Positions 10,563 through 19,507 of a stretch of DNA of 20,860 nucleotides are shown here, one piece after another. This DNA is from Dudresnaya verticillata (Eukaryota): the NCBI GenBank assembly GCA_977862235.1, contig OZ374558.1, positions 3,534,001-3,554,860 on the forward strand, in the 5' to 3' direction. The notes below the pieces were generated by a model. That model was given only the letters and a program-made list of their open reading frames with translations, was not told where the DNA came from and did no database searches. The position numbers and the translations under genes are program-made. How positions within the stretch are numbered: position 1 is the stretch's first letter; each line of letters begins with the position of its first letter.

Positions 10563-10738
10563 CGGGAACGGCCGTATACGGTCGTTTCCAAGTCGGACAG
10601 CACCGTAATATTACGGTGCTATCCGATTGACAGTCGCAGTGTGAAGTTACGGTGGCATCCGAATCGGAAGCTTATCGGACAGCAAAAACGAAAGCGACTG
10701 TGAATCGGATAACACCGTAATATTACGGTGCTGTCCGG
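10563..10738. other. Cluster of 34-bp palindromic sites just upstream of the helicase ATG
   Basis: 10593-10626 TCGGACAGCACCG-TAATATTA-CGGTGCTATCCGA; 10705-10738 TCGGATAACACCG-TAATATTA-CGGTGCTGTCCGG; short-spacer variant at 10563-10590; half site at 10642-10662. Confidence 0.85.
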
Positions 10739-10832
10739 TTTGCCGTTTAGAAATTATTGTATACTGACTTGAAATTCCCATGTTCCACTTGTTTCAGATC
10801 GAAAGTAGTGCAATTGCGGAGCTCTGCGCGGA

Positions 10833-13800
10833 ATGAACGGTCTTAACGGAGGTGATGGGGTCCAGGAGTCGGAGTTGAAGCTCGAGGAATATGGCTTACG
10901 TCTTATTCCGGAGGTCGCGGAGCTTCTGTGCGTCGTATGCCAGCATGCCGTATTCTTCGGTGTGCAAGGACAGGACAATCTCTTCAGGCATTTGCAGAAG
11001 TGTCAGCCGTGGAAACGGGTCACCCGCATCGAATCGAAGGAAGTGTACAAGTCGTGGGATACCGTCAAGAGGGCCTGTGTGCGCACGGCTTCTGAAGAGG
11101 ATTACCATGTGTACATTGGGAGCTCAGTTCGAAGCTCTTCTCGAAGAGCCGTGCGCAGGATTCCATTTTTAAGAGTTATGGAGTGCATTCCTTGCCCTCA
11201 ATGTTCGTTCTTGTCTTTGTCTTCTCCATCGTTGAAGAAACATTATGACGCCGAACATAACTCTTCTGGAAAGTCCATAAGTCTTGCGGAGATCAAGGGC
11301 CTCGGAGGTGTAAAGTGCCAGAAGCTGTTTAAGGGAACTGGCACAGGAAATCCGTTTCTACTAAAGGATGGCGGAGCAGCGGAGTGTACCGGGAATGGAG
11401 AAGCCCGGGCAAGCGGGGAAGGTTCATCTCATGTCCAGCTTCTATTGCACGAATTGAGCGAGGCCAGGAAAGGAAGGATGAAGGTAGAAGAGCCGGAAGA
11501 GAAGGACGTGAGGAGAATGGGTCGTTTTGCAAGTTGCACGAGGCAAGATTTGAAGCTCGAGCAGCTGCATCTCAGCATGGAGGAGGCTTCCAGGTTGAGC
11601 GGAGATGCCTGCCGCGGAGAGAAGGTTTTTGACCAAGATGAAGTCGAGCTGAAGAAGTGGCTGACAGAAGCCGTTCTTTCCGTATTCCAGCATGGCCGTC
11701 GCTGCTCACAGAGGCCCAATATGACGATGTCCAGGGTAATGTTCGCTGTTCGAGCACCTCCTGGTGCGACGGGGAGCCAAAAGGTCGAGTTTGCCTGGGT
11801 AGAGAGGCAGTCCGAGAAGAGGTATGCCTCCTTCGTGTCTCGTGGAGCGTTAGCAATTCTACGCATGATTAATGCGTCTCGGGAAGGTGAGGAGCTCATC
11901 GCCAGTGAAGAATTACGCTCTGCCTGTGAGAAGGTGATGGAGGTGTATCGTGAAGAGACTCAGGAAGAACCGGAAGGCGCCGTAAAAATACGGCGCTGTC
12001 CGACGGGACCGTCCGAAAGTATAGTGGCGATGCACGCTTTGCTGAGAGCTTTGTTGTATGAAAGGGTGAGCGTGGATGAAGGCAGCCACTTCTGTGCTGC
12101 TCACGTCCTAACAACCTGTCTTTGTGTGAAGCGTGCGGGAGGGGGGGTTACATTTTCTGAGGGCAGGGATCTGTCTCCATTTCTTGCTGCACTCGCCTAT
12201 GCGAGTTCTTGCTGCGCTTTCATCGACATATGTAGCGTTGAGAAGGAGGGTACTTGTGATGAGGAGTTGGCCAGGGTGGAGTTGAGGCATCAAGCCGGCG
12301 GGAGTTTAGGGATACATTTTCTCCAGTCCCTTTGCTTGCAGGCTCGACGGTTTCGGAATGAAGAGTACTCCAGGAACACATGGCTTCCATGTGACGATCC
12401 TGAGCACGTGGGCAAGTGCTGCGGGTACGTGGAGGGGCTTCACATGAGCCCTGATGAAATTGGTATTTGTGTGAAGAAGATGCAAAAGGAGGCGGTGAGC
12501 CTAATGTTCGACCCAACTGGTATTCTCTGCGGGGTAGAACTGCCAAAGGACTTTCAGAAACGCCTCTCGAATATGGTAGACGACACCAGGAAAGAAGACA
12601 TTCCGTATGGATTCATGGAAGATGAGCGGAATGCTGAGATTGTCAGAGAATGCCGCGATCTCGTCGATTCTGCGGTGAGAAAGATGGATTCATTAGACGA
12701 ACGAGCATTCGAGAAACGCGCAAGGGCGATGCTATCGAAACTAAGGAAGTTCCATGTACTCATGGTAGCCTGTTTGCATCTGGCGGGTGGTAATGTCTGT
12801 CGCGGTCCGGAGCTTGGGTTCTTGGCCGTGAGAAATACGGTCAGCGGACCACGTGGGATTCAACTCCCGGGTGGCCCCCGAGTTGCTGTAATTCCAAGTT
12901 ACGACAAGACAAGGAACATGAAGAGGGGGAGAATGCGTGTCATTAGCAAGCATCCTGATGTCGTTACGAGCAACCTGGTCAAATTGGCGATTCTCGTTGG
13001 GATGGAGTTCAGGCTAGCGTTGTCCCGACTTGTCAGTAACAGGGAGTCAGGGCGTGCGGCCGCGGTCGACGAAGATGGGGCAATGGACTATCTCATGCCA
13101 ACGGCTAGTGCACGATCGGGGTGCCTGCAGCTCGCGGGGAACATGTGGAAGAGTTTTGGTCTGCCTGAAGAATATGGGGCGGAGAAACATCGACAGTGGT
13201 TTGGTGGATATGCGACCGACAAGGCCAATACGGACGAGAAGTTCCGTTACGTCGAGAAGATATTGAATGGTTTCAACAAGGGAGATTCGGATGCTGCTGC
13301 GCTGAATAGTGGAGACCTTGGAAGTGTGATGCAGGTGCAGGGAGCACACTGTGTGCATATCGCGAGAACTCTGTATGGAGCTTGCGCACCGAACATTGCC
13401 GGTGGCGGTGAGGTAGATGATCGGAACATGAAGCAGTTCAAGCAAGTATCTGACTGCTGGCTCGCAGATTGCGGCTTGGACAAGAACTTTGATTGGAACA
13501 AACTCCAGGGTGGCGATGAAGAAGGAGAAGGGCGTTCCCGATTGAGTCGGGTTGTGCAGGCGCGAACCGTTTCGGGTGTCAAACGCAGACTCTTCTCTAG
13601 CGGAAGCGGGACAGGAAGCGTGTCGAAACCGGAGAGCGCCGTAATTTTACGGCCGCTTCCGGAAAATTCAGCTGTTCCGAGAGATGCATCAGAGCCGGAG
13701 AGTACCGGAGGATTACGGTGCTGTTCGCCTGTGGATTTTTCAAGGCAAGCCTCCAAACCGGAGAGCGCCGTAGGATTACGGTGCGGTCCGGTCGTGGATG

Positions 13801-15686
13801 TTCCCAGACAAACCTCCGAACCGGATGGCACCGTAGGATTACGGTGCCTTCCGATTCCTAAACATTGTGATTCGGCGGGGCAAGCAAGCGAAGTTGAAGA
13901 CGCCGTAGAAGTATGGCCGCCTCCAGAAACGGGAATTGGAGAGGAAAGAGAGTCGCAGGAGCAAGGAAGGGATGTAGAGAGCGCTGATGGACCCAGTGGT
14001 CCCGGATTGGGAACTGGAGGTGGCGGAAAGGGTGTGAAAAGAGCGATGTCGGGAGACCTGGCTGGAGCCGTACTCCCACGTGCACGCAAGCAGAAGCTTC
14101 AAGGACAGGAGGCGTTGAATGAAGGGGAAGAGAGCAAAGGTGCGGAAAGTGGGAGCGCCGGGGTGTTGGACGGCAATGGGCATGGTCTCCGACTGGATGG
14201 GTGCGATGTTTCTGAGATGAGTCGAGAAGAGATGGCTGATCTATTAAGGAAGTGTTTGGCGACAATCTCGGAATCGGAGCAGAGAAAGAAGGCTTACGAG
14301 GACGAAAAGCGGCACACCGAGAAGAGGGAAAGCGATAATATTATAGGATTGGGTGATGAACTCATGTCAGATGCAGCACGTCGCCGCTCTGATAAGGATA
14401 ACCGTACAGTCGAAGCTCGCAAAGCAGAGCGTGAGGCTTCAATTGCACGGCGTGTACAGGAATGCCTTGCGCACGCTGTAGGGGACCGTGATGCCGAGTT
14501 CAAAAGCGAAGAACAGAAGCTGGCAATGGAACTTGTATTGCGCAAAGAGAGTGACGCATTAATCGTGCTGAGGACAGGAGGTGGGAAAACCGCCGTTGTT
14601 TTTGGGCCCGCTTCAAGTGAACAAGGAGTGACTATTTTTATATGCCCCCTTCGATCACTACGGGAGGAGATCAAGTTGCGATGTGATGATATCAGGCTGC
14701 CCGTTGTCGATATTGAAGACTTGGACAACAACGAAGTTGAGAAGCGCTTGATGCCGAGAGGTATAATCCTTGCGTCTCCTGAGATCGTGTCCTGTCGAAA
14801 GTATAATTCGGTGCTGAGGAAACTGTACGGAGAAGGGAAGTTGATGCGTGTTGTTGTTGATGAGGCTCACATCGTTGTTCTGAGTGCCCACTATCGCAAC
14901 TGTATGTTACGCATGCGGCACGCAAGGCCGGATGGTGTCCAGGTACCGATCATTATGATGACGGCCACTGCACCGCCACATTTGGAGAACCGTATAATAG
15001 CTGGTAACGGAGCCGTGGTCGGGAATACGAAGGTGATTCGTGGCAGCCTCCGTCGGGACAACATAATGTATACCGTGGAGCGGCTTTCGAAAACGACTGA
15101 CGAGGAAGTGGGGCACTGTATCAGACACGCTGTCACCCATGCAGTGAGTGAAGCGTTTATTGTGCGTGGTGGCGGCAAAGTTCTCGTGTGTGTGCTTACG
15201 AAGGGCGAGGCTGATCAAGCTCATGAACTTCTCGAGCGGAGCAGAATGTTCTCGGGAACAGCGCATATTATAATATGTAAGTATCACAGTGGAATGAGTG
15301 TTGAAGCACGGCGGAACAGTGTGGCCGAATGGGGCCGAAACGGGGCAGCACAGCGCTCCGTGTGTGTAATGGTGGCCACGGAAGGATTTGGTACAGGTAT
15401 CGATGCCCCCGACGTGGCTCAGACTATAATTGTTGGGAGCAGCCGATCGCTAATGGAGCTGTATCAAGTGGGTGGGCGTGTTGGTCGGGATGGGAAACCA
15501 GGGAGCGTTAGTGTACTGTACCATCATGAGTATGCTGACCGCGCCAACGTGAAGGACACGGAGTCACTGATCGCCTTGAAACGGTTTCAACGGTGGGCCG
15601 AGGACACGAGAAAGTGTCGTGTCAAGGAACTTGAGCAGTATTTGGGATGCCCTGAGGAGCCTTCGGATTGCAGAAAACGTGTGTAG
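10833..15686 (+). CDS. Telomere-linked RecQ-family helicase (TLH-like), 1617 aa to the first stop: N-terminal Zn fingers, tyrosine-recombinase-like domain, repeat linker and DEAH helicase core
   Basis: Helicase motifs: FKSEEQ, LRTGGGKT (I), VVVDEAH (II), MTATAPP (III), YHSGMS, VATEGFGTGIDAPDV (V), YQVGGRVGRDG (VI). N-terminal CVVCQHAV..LFRHL and CPQC..LKKHYDAEH. The central HLAGGNVCRGPEL..YDK..HRQ..QGAH..IARTLYG resembles the conserved block I recall from fungal TLH-like proteins. The gene lies about 3 kb from the telomere. Confidence 0.92.
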   Translation: MNGLNGGDGVQESELKLEEYGLRLIPEVAELLCVVCQHAVFFGVQGQDNLFRHLQKCQPWKRVTRIESKEVYKSWDTVKRACVRTASEEDYHVYIGSSVRSSSRRAVRRIPFLRVMECIPCPQCSFLSLSSPSLKKHYDAEHNSSGKSISLAEIKGLGGVKCQKLFKGTGTGNPFLLKDGGAAECTGNGEARASGEGSSHVQLLLHELSEARKGRMKVEEPEEKDVRRMGRFASCTRQDLKLEQLHLSMEEASRLSGDACRGEKVFDQDEVELKKWLTEAVLSVFQHGRRCSQRPNMTMSRVMFAVRAPPGATGSQKVEFAWVERQSEKRYASFVSRGALAILRMINASREGEELIASEELRSACEKVMEVYREETQEEPEGAVKIRRCPTGPSESIVAMHALLRALLYERVSVDEGSHFCAAHVLTTCLCVKRAGGGVTFSEGRDLSPFLAALAYASSCCAFIDICSVEKEGTCDEELARVELRHQAGGSLGIHFLQSLCLQARRFRNEEYSRNTWLPCDDPEHVGKCCGYVEGLHMSPDEIGICVKKMQKEAVSLMFDPTGILCGVELPKDFQKRLSNMVDDTRKEDIPYGFMEDERNAEIVRECRDLVDSAVRKMDSLDERAFEKRARAMLSKLRKFHVLMVACLHLAGGNVCRGPELGFLAVRNTVSGPRGIQLPGGPRVAVIPSYDKTRNMKRGRMRVISKHPDVVTSNLVKLAILVGMEFRLALSRLVSNRESGRAAAVDEDGAMDYLMPTASARSGCLQLAGNMWKSFGLPEEYGAEKHRQWFGGYATDKANTDEKFRYVEKILNGFNKGDSDAAALNSGDLGSVMQVQGAHCVHIARTLYGACAPNIAGGGEVDDRNMKQFKQVSDCWLADCGLDKNFDWNKLQGGDEEGEGRSRLSRVVQARTVSGVKRRLFSSGSGTGSVSKPESAVILRPLPENSAVPRDASEPESTGGLRCCSPVDFSRQASKPESAVGLRCGPVVDVPRQTSEPDGTVGLRCLPIPKHCDSAGQASEVEDAVEVWPPPETGIGEERESQEQGRDVESADGPSGPGLGTGGGGKGVKRAMSGDLAGAVLPRARKQKLQGQEALNEGEESKGAESGSAGVLDGNGHGLRLDGCDVSEMSREEMADLLRKCLATISESEQRKKAYEDEKRHTEKRESDNIIGLGDELMSDAARRRSDKDNRTVEARKAEREASIARRVQECLAHAVGDRDAEFKSEEQKLAMELVLRKESDALIVLRTGGGKTAVVFGPASSEQGVTIFICPLRSLREEIKLRCDDIRLPVVDIEDLDNNEVEKRLMPRGIILASPEIVSCRKYNSVLRKLYGEGKLMRVVVDEAHIVVLSAHYRNCMLRMRHARPDGVQVPIIMMTATAPPHLENRIIAGNGAVVGNTKVIRGSLRRDNIMYTVERLSKTTDEEVGHCIRHAVTHAVSEAFIVRGGGKVLVCVLTKGEADQAHELLERSRMFSGTAHIIICKYHSGMSVEARRNSVAEWGRNGAAQRSVCVMVATEGFGTGIDAPDVAQTIIVGSSRSLMELYQVGGRVGRDGKPGSVSVLYHHEYADRANVKDTESLIALKRFQRWAEDTRKCRVKELEQYLGCPEEPSDCRKRV
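13629..13926 (+). repeat. Five in-frame copies of the 34-bp palindrome inside the CDS, giving 21-24 aa peptide repeats (e.g. KPESAVGLRCGP)
   Basis: Sites start at 13629, 13695, 13758, 13821 and 13893 (the last is degenerate). Spacings are 66, 63, 63 and 72. Confidence 0.85.
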
Positions 15687-16517
15687 GAGAGGACGGAATC
15701 TTACATTCGGTGTTGTGATTACTGCGCTAGGTTTTCTCCGGTAGTGGAAGCAGCGGAATCGCCGAAAAATGACGAATTGGACGAGTCGTCATCTGATGAC
15801 ACCGGTTCTTCACAGCAGAGCCCGTCCTTACGTCCAGCAAGGAGTTTGCATGAGGTTGGTGGTGGAATAACCGAGCAAACGGCAAATACAGGGAGACAGA
15901 GACAGACGGAAGAAACTGTGCAGTGCACCCCGGAGGATAGCGCGGTGGCTGCAGTTCGCACGGCGAGTGGAGCAGGCGAAGCAGTTGAAGAACTGCGGGA
16001 TCTTGCCGTCAAGCTGGCTGGTGTGTGCCCGCCTTGCTTTGGTCGTACGAGGCCCGGTGACAAGGTGTCAATCCGTGCCTGCCGGAACAGCCAGCATTCG
16101 AGTAGCTGCTATTTTCGGCAGTGTATACGGTGCATGTCCGGGGGGCACGATGCAGCCCAGTGCACTGTACGGCCTTGGAAGGCACGCGGCGGTGTGTTCA
16201 GCGCTGGTTGTTCGGAGTGCTCGATTCGAACGTTTGGTTCGAAGAAGCTCCATGTAGGGAGCGGCAGTCCGAGGCGAGGACAGAACGAGTATGGGTCGTC
16301 GGAACGTTGCCCGTTCTTCAGACCCGTACAGCTAGCGATGGCTTTTTGGAGCCACGAGGAGAGGCGCACGGAAATGCTTGCGCATCGTGGGATGCGACGT
16401 TTCAGGAGATGCTCAAGTTTGAAGGCTTTCTGTGAGGAGCTTGTGTTGGACAAGCCTGGGTGGTGCCCAGGAATTCTTGAGTTCTCTCGGTATGCTGTGG
16501 AAGTGTTTGATTTGTAG
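15687..16517 (+). CDS. In-frame C-terminal continuation of the helicase beyond the TAG (rest of the RecQ Zn-binding motif plus a Cys/His-rich C-terminus)
   Basis: Same frame as 10833: KCRVKELEQYLG..SDCRKRV*ERTESYIRCCDYC, open to the TAG at 16515-16517. Contains CPPC, CIRC..GH..QC, CSEC and CPF. Read through, the CDS 10833-16517 is 1894 codons. Confidence 0.75.
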   Translation, partial: ERTESYIRCCDYCARFSPVVEAAESPKNDELDESSSDDTGSSQQSPSLRPARSLHEVGGGITEQTANTGRQRQTEETVQCTPEDSAVAAVRTASGAGEAVEELRDLAVKLAGVCPPCFGRTRPGDKVSIRACRNSQHSSSCYFRQCIRCMSGGHDAAQCTVRPWKARGGVFSAGCSECSIRTFGSKKLHVGSGSPRRGQNEYGSSERCPFFRPVQLAMAFWSHEERRTEMLAHRGMRRFRRCSSLKAFCEELVLDKPGWCPGILEFSRYAVEVFDL

Positions 16518-16959
16518 TGCATGCGATGTGGAGATTGGTACGGAATGGAAGTATAGTTGAGTTCAGAATAAATCAGGAAACAACATCGCAGTAATGCAGG
16601 TCAAGGCGTGGGAGAAATTTACTGCTGGTGAAAGGGACGTGAATATCGTGTAGAGAAGCGGACTGTGTGCGAGAATATGTCAGTAATATGCGCAACGCAA
16701 TCGCTCGAGAATTATCGTTGAATGCGTGTGTTAGCGGGGAGAGAGTCGGAAGCTTACCTGAATGTATTTTTGTAGATGAAGATCGGGCTAGTCCGGAAGC
16801 CACCGTAAATTTACGAGGGTTGCTGGTTGCCATGTCTCCACGTCCTCGAGATTAGCGTACGGGTGAACCGGAAGCCCTTGTAAACTTAAGATGACTTCCG
16901 TTGTATCTTGAACTGTTGTAGAAGCGTCTTGAAGTGAAGTAGAGCCTAGGAGGGTGCAG

Positions 16960-17305
16960 TGCGTAGAGCGGGGGCGGCGTTGGAGCGGATAGCACCGTAT
17001 AATTACGGTTCTATTCGGTTTAAACGTGTAGAGCTGGAGCGGCGTTGGAGCGGATAGCACCGTATAATTACGGTGCTATCCGGTGGAGGAGTGTAGAGTA
17101 TGTAGAGCTAGGGCGGTGTTGGATCGGATAGCACCGTATAATTACGGTGCTATCCGGTTGAAGAGTGTAGAGTATGTAGAGTTGGGAACGCGTTGGAGCG
17201 GAGAGGACCGTATAATTACAGTGCTCTCTGGTTTGAGGGTGTAGAGTATGTGGAGCTGGGACGGCATTCGACTGGAGAGCACCGTACATTAATTCATTGA
17301 GCGGG
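16960..17305. repeat. Tandem array (65-74 bp unit), each unit carrying the 34-bp palindrome
   Basis: Sites at 16985-17018, 17050-17083, 17124-17157 and 17198-17231, plus a half site at 17272. The four full sites have the spacer TATAATTA, and the inter-site DNA is conserved (GTGTAGAGTATGTAGAGCT-like). Confidence 0.92.
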
Positions 17306-18074
17306 AAGGCATCGCAATGTACGCGCTTCTTGCAACACGTGTCCACGGGTACATGCCCTACACTCTGTGCACAGTGTACCAACTGTACACTCTGTACACG
17401 TGTGGCATCTTGGCGAGTACGTGTGTGAGGTGTTTCGGGTTGAAGTTTTGGCGCGGAGAAGGTCGCCGTGTGGGCATCGCAATGGCATAACTTGTCGAGA
17501 CGGATGAGGGTTTTTTGGTGGCGACGGTAGAGGCGGCTAACGTCGGGTGGCTTCTTGTGCACACTGGTGTGCAGTCGAGCTAGCACAAACCCACCTTCAA
17601 GTTGGAGTCGTGCTCGTGCGATGGGGAGTGTGCGAGGGGTCGGGGGCTGAGGAATTGGACGAGAAGTACGGCGGTTGCTGCTGTCAGTTGCGCGTCCCAT
17701 GATCAGCTAGGGTTGGAAGCGCCATGCGTGGACGGAGAGCATTGCGTCGACGGATTTAGGGTGTACGTGAGTCTAGATTTTGATGGGAAATTGCCTGAAA
17801 GTTTGAGATTGACTGTGCAGGCCCGTGCTCTCGACTGTCACCTCACCACCCCACCACCGTATCCGAACCCCGTCCGGCATCACCTGATGCGCCCCGTATC
17901 GTCAAACATACCGCTGCTGCAGATTTATGCCGCAAAGTGCGGTCTCTTCTCGCCCTTCCGAGTATTTGAGCGCTTCACTGAAGGTTTACACCGACAGGAT
18001 CACCCCACTGACCGTCGTTTGGCCCGCTAATCCCTGAAGCAGATGGGTGGCTTGTCTCCGGCAGCGCCAAGGAA

Positions 18075-18970
18075 ATGTATGTGCCTGCAAACTGGCTAAG
18101 GGCGTTTGGGAGTGGCAGGGAACTGCTCGAAATTGGCCTGGATCAGTCGGGAGACGGGTTTATCACGCGCTTTCGGCATAGCGTGCGAAGGAGGCTTGGT
18201 ACGGACCGTATGGCGATACCAGGACAATCAAGGTATGCTGTGCTGTTCTCAGGGGGTATCGATTGAATGGTCATTGCGCGAGTGCTTGATGAATGCTTGA
18301 CTCCCGGGGAGGGTATTACGTTGATCAATGTTGCTTTTGGCGCCGACTCGCAGGCTGTGGCGCAGTGTCCCGATCGACTAAGCGCAATTTCGGGATGCGA
18401 AGAGCTGCGTAAGCTGTCCGAGACGGACAGAGTCTTCGACTTATGCTGCGTGGACGTCGCCCCGGAACAGGTGGATGAGACGCTTGAAAAGCAGGTACGT
18501 TTGCTTGTGCACCCGTGCGACCAGGCCATGGACGCGTCGATAGGCACCGCGATCTGGCTCACAGCGCGTGCGGATGGGAGTTCACATAGCGGGCTGCAGG
18601 GAACAGCGAAGGAGGCACGAATTTTGTTCAGCGGGCTCGGCGCGGACGAGCTAATGGGCGGGTACAAGGGCCGACACCGGAAGATATACCGGACGGAGGG
18701 CGTGAACGGTGTGCTGCGAGAGATGGACGCTGATTTGAGCAGACCGTGGTTTCGGAACCTAGGTAGGGACGACCGGCTTGTCGCAGACCATGGCAAGGAG
18801 GTCCGTCATCCGTTTCTGGATGAGGACCTCATCGAGTTTGTAACTGGCCTCCCTTTGGAGCGGCACGTTTGTGACCTCTCAAGACCAGATGGAATTGGCG
18901 ATAAGCACCTGCTCAGGCGCGCCGCAATAGTTCTTGGTTTGTCGGCTGAGACGGCAAGCGGTTCGAAGCG
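18075..18970 (+). pseudogene. ASNSD1: Asparagine-synthetase-domain protein (ASNSD1-like) fragment, C-terminal synthetase domain only
   Basis: AVLFSGGID*MVIA (TGA at 18264-18266, directly after the PP-loop), LINVAFG, PDR, LFSGLGADELMGGY, RNLGRDDR, HGKEVRHPFLDE, GIGDKHLLR. Similarity stops at SKR where KRAIQFG would be expected. No N-terminal glutaminase domain was recognised, and the 5' boundary is uncertain. Confidence 0.85.
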
Positions 18971-19507
18971 AGTGGGTCACGGAGCAAGCAGGTCATTGAG
19001 CGCAAAGGTTCTTGTTGAACATTTGGAGGCAGTTTTTGGCTTAAGCCAAAGTCTCTAAAGTGCTCCAATGAGTCCCATTGCCCGTCAACCAACGAAGACT
19101 ACGAAACAGGCGGCTCAACACGCATTAACGCGAACTTGTCCGCCACCCGGCTGGCTCACATCCGCATAGAGTGCTTGTCATAGCCTAGACACTAGTACCC
19201 CAGACTCGCAGCAAGTGAGAGGAAGCATTGACGAATGCGATTGCGGCGAACGTTGCGCGTGGTACCGTTGAAGGTTGCTATTCGATCCAAATACTCTTCA
19301 GATTGGGCTTCACTGCCCAACCGCACAACATATCGCGCCATTAAGCTGGTATTGAAAAAACCGTATTGATCAAGCTGTAAATGTTGGAAAGGAGCTGTCA
19401 CAGACGCTGATGGAGTGTAAGAACACATTGAGAGTTACGCAGCTTCCACTGTCGACAATCGATACTACAGCTCAGGGAAAAATTCGCTCTCTGGATACAA
19501 TCACTCT

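Noticed and set aside
9989..10630. Poly-Arg and poly-Thr ORFs
   Set aside because: They are by-products of the (GAC)n microsatellite.
13247..14731. Antisense ORFs of 114-280 aa
   Set aside because: They are shadows of the helicase CDS and its palindromic repeats, with no independent motifs.
15744..16517. Independent 257-aa gene
   Set aside because: It begins at GTG, is in frame with the helicase and follows the second half of its Zn-binding motif, so it is treated as the helicase C-terminus.
16985..17305. CRISPR-like look: palindromic 34-bp repeats spaced by 31-40 bp
   Set aside because: The intervening sequences are near-copies of one another, so this is a tandem repeat. There are no cas genes and the context is a eukaryotic subtelomere.
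255..18266. Alternative genetic code suggested by several in-frame stops (255, 300, 321, 15684, 18264)
   Set aside because: All three stop types are involved, one case comes with a frameshift, and multi-kb ORFs are otherwise stop-free. Decay explains it better.
19192..19428. 78-aa minus-strand ORF next to the telomere (possible retroelement remnant)
   Set aside because: It is short, flanked by stops, and has no RT or endonuclease motif.
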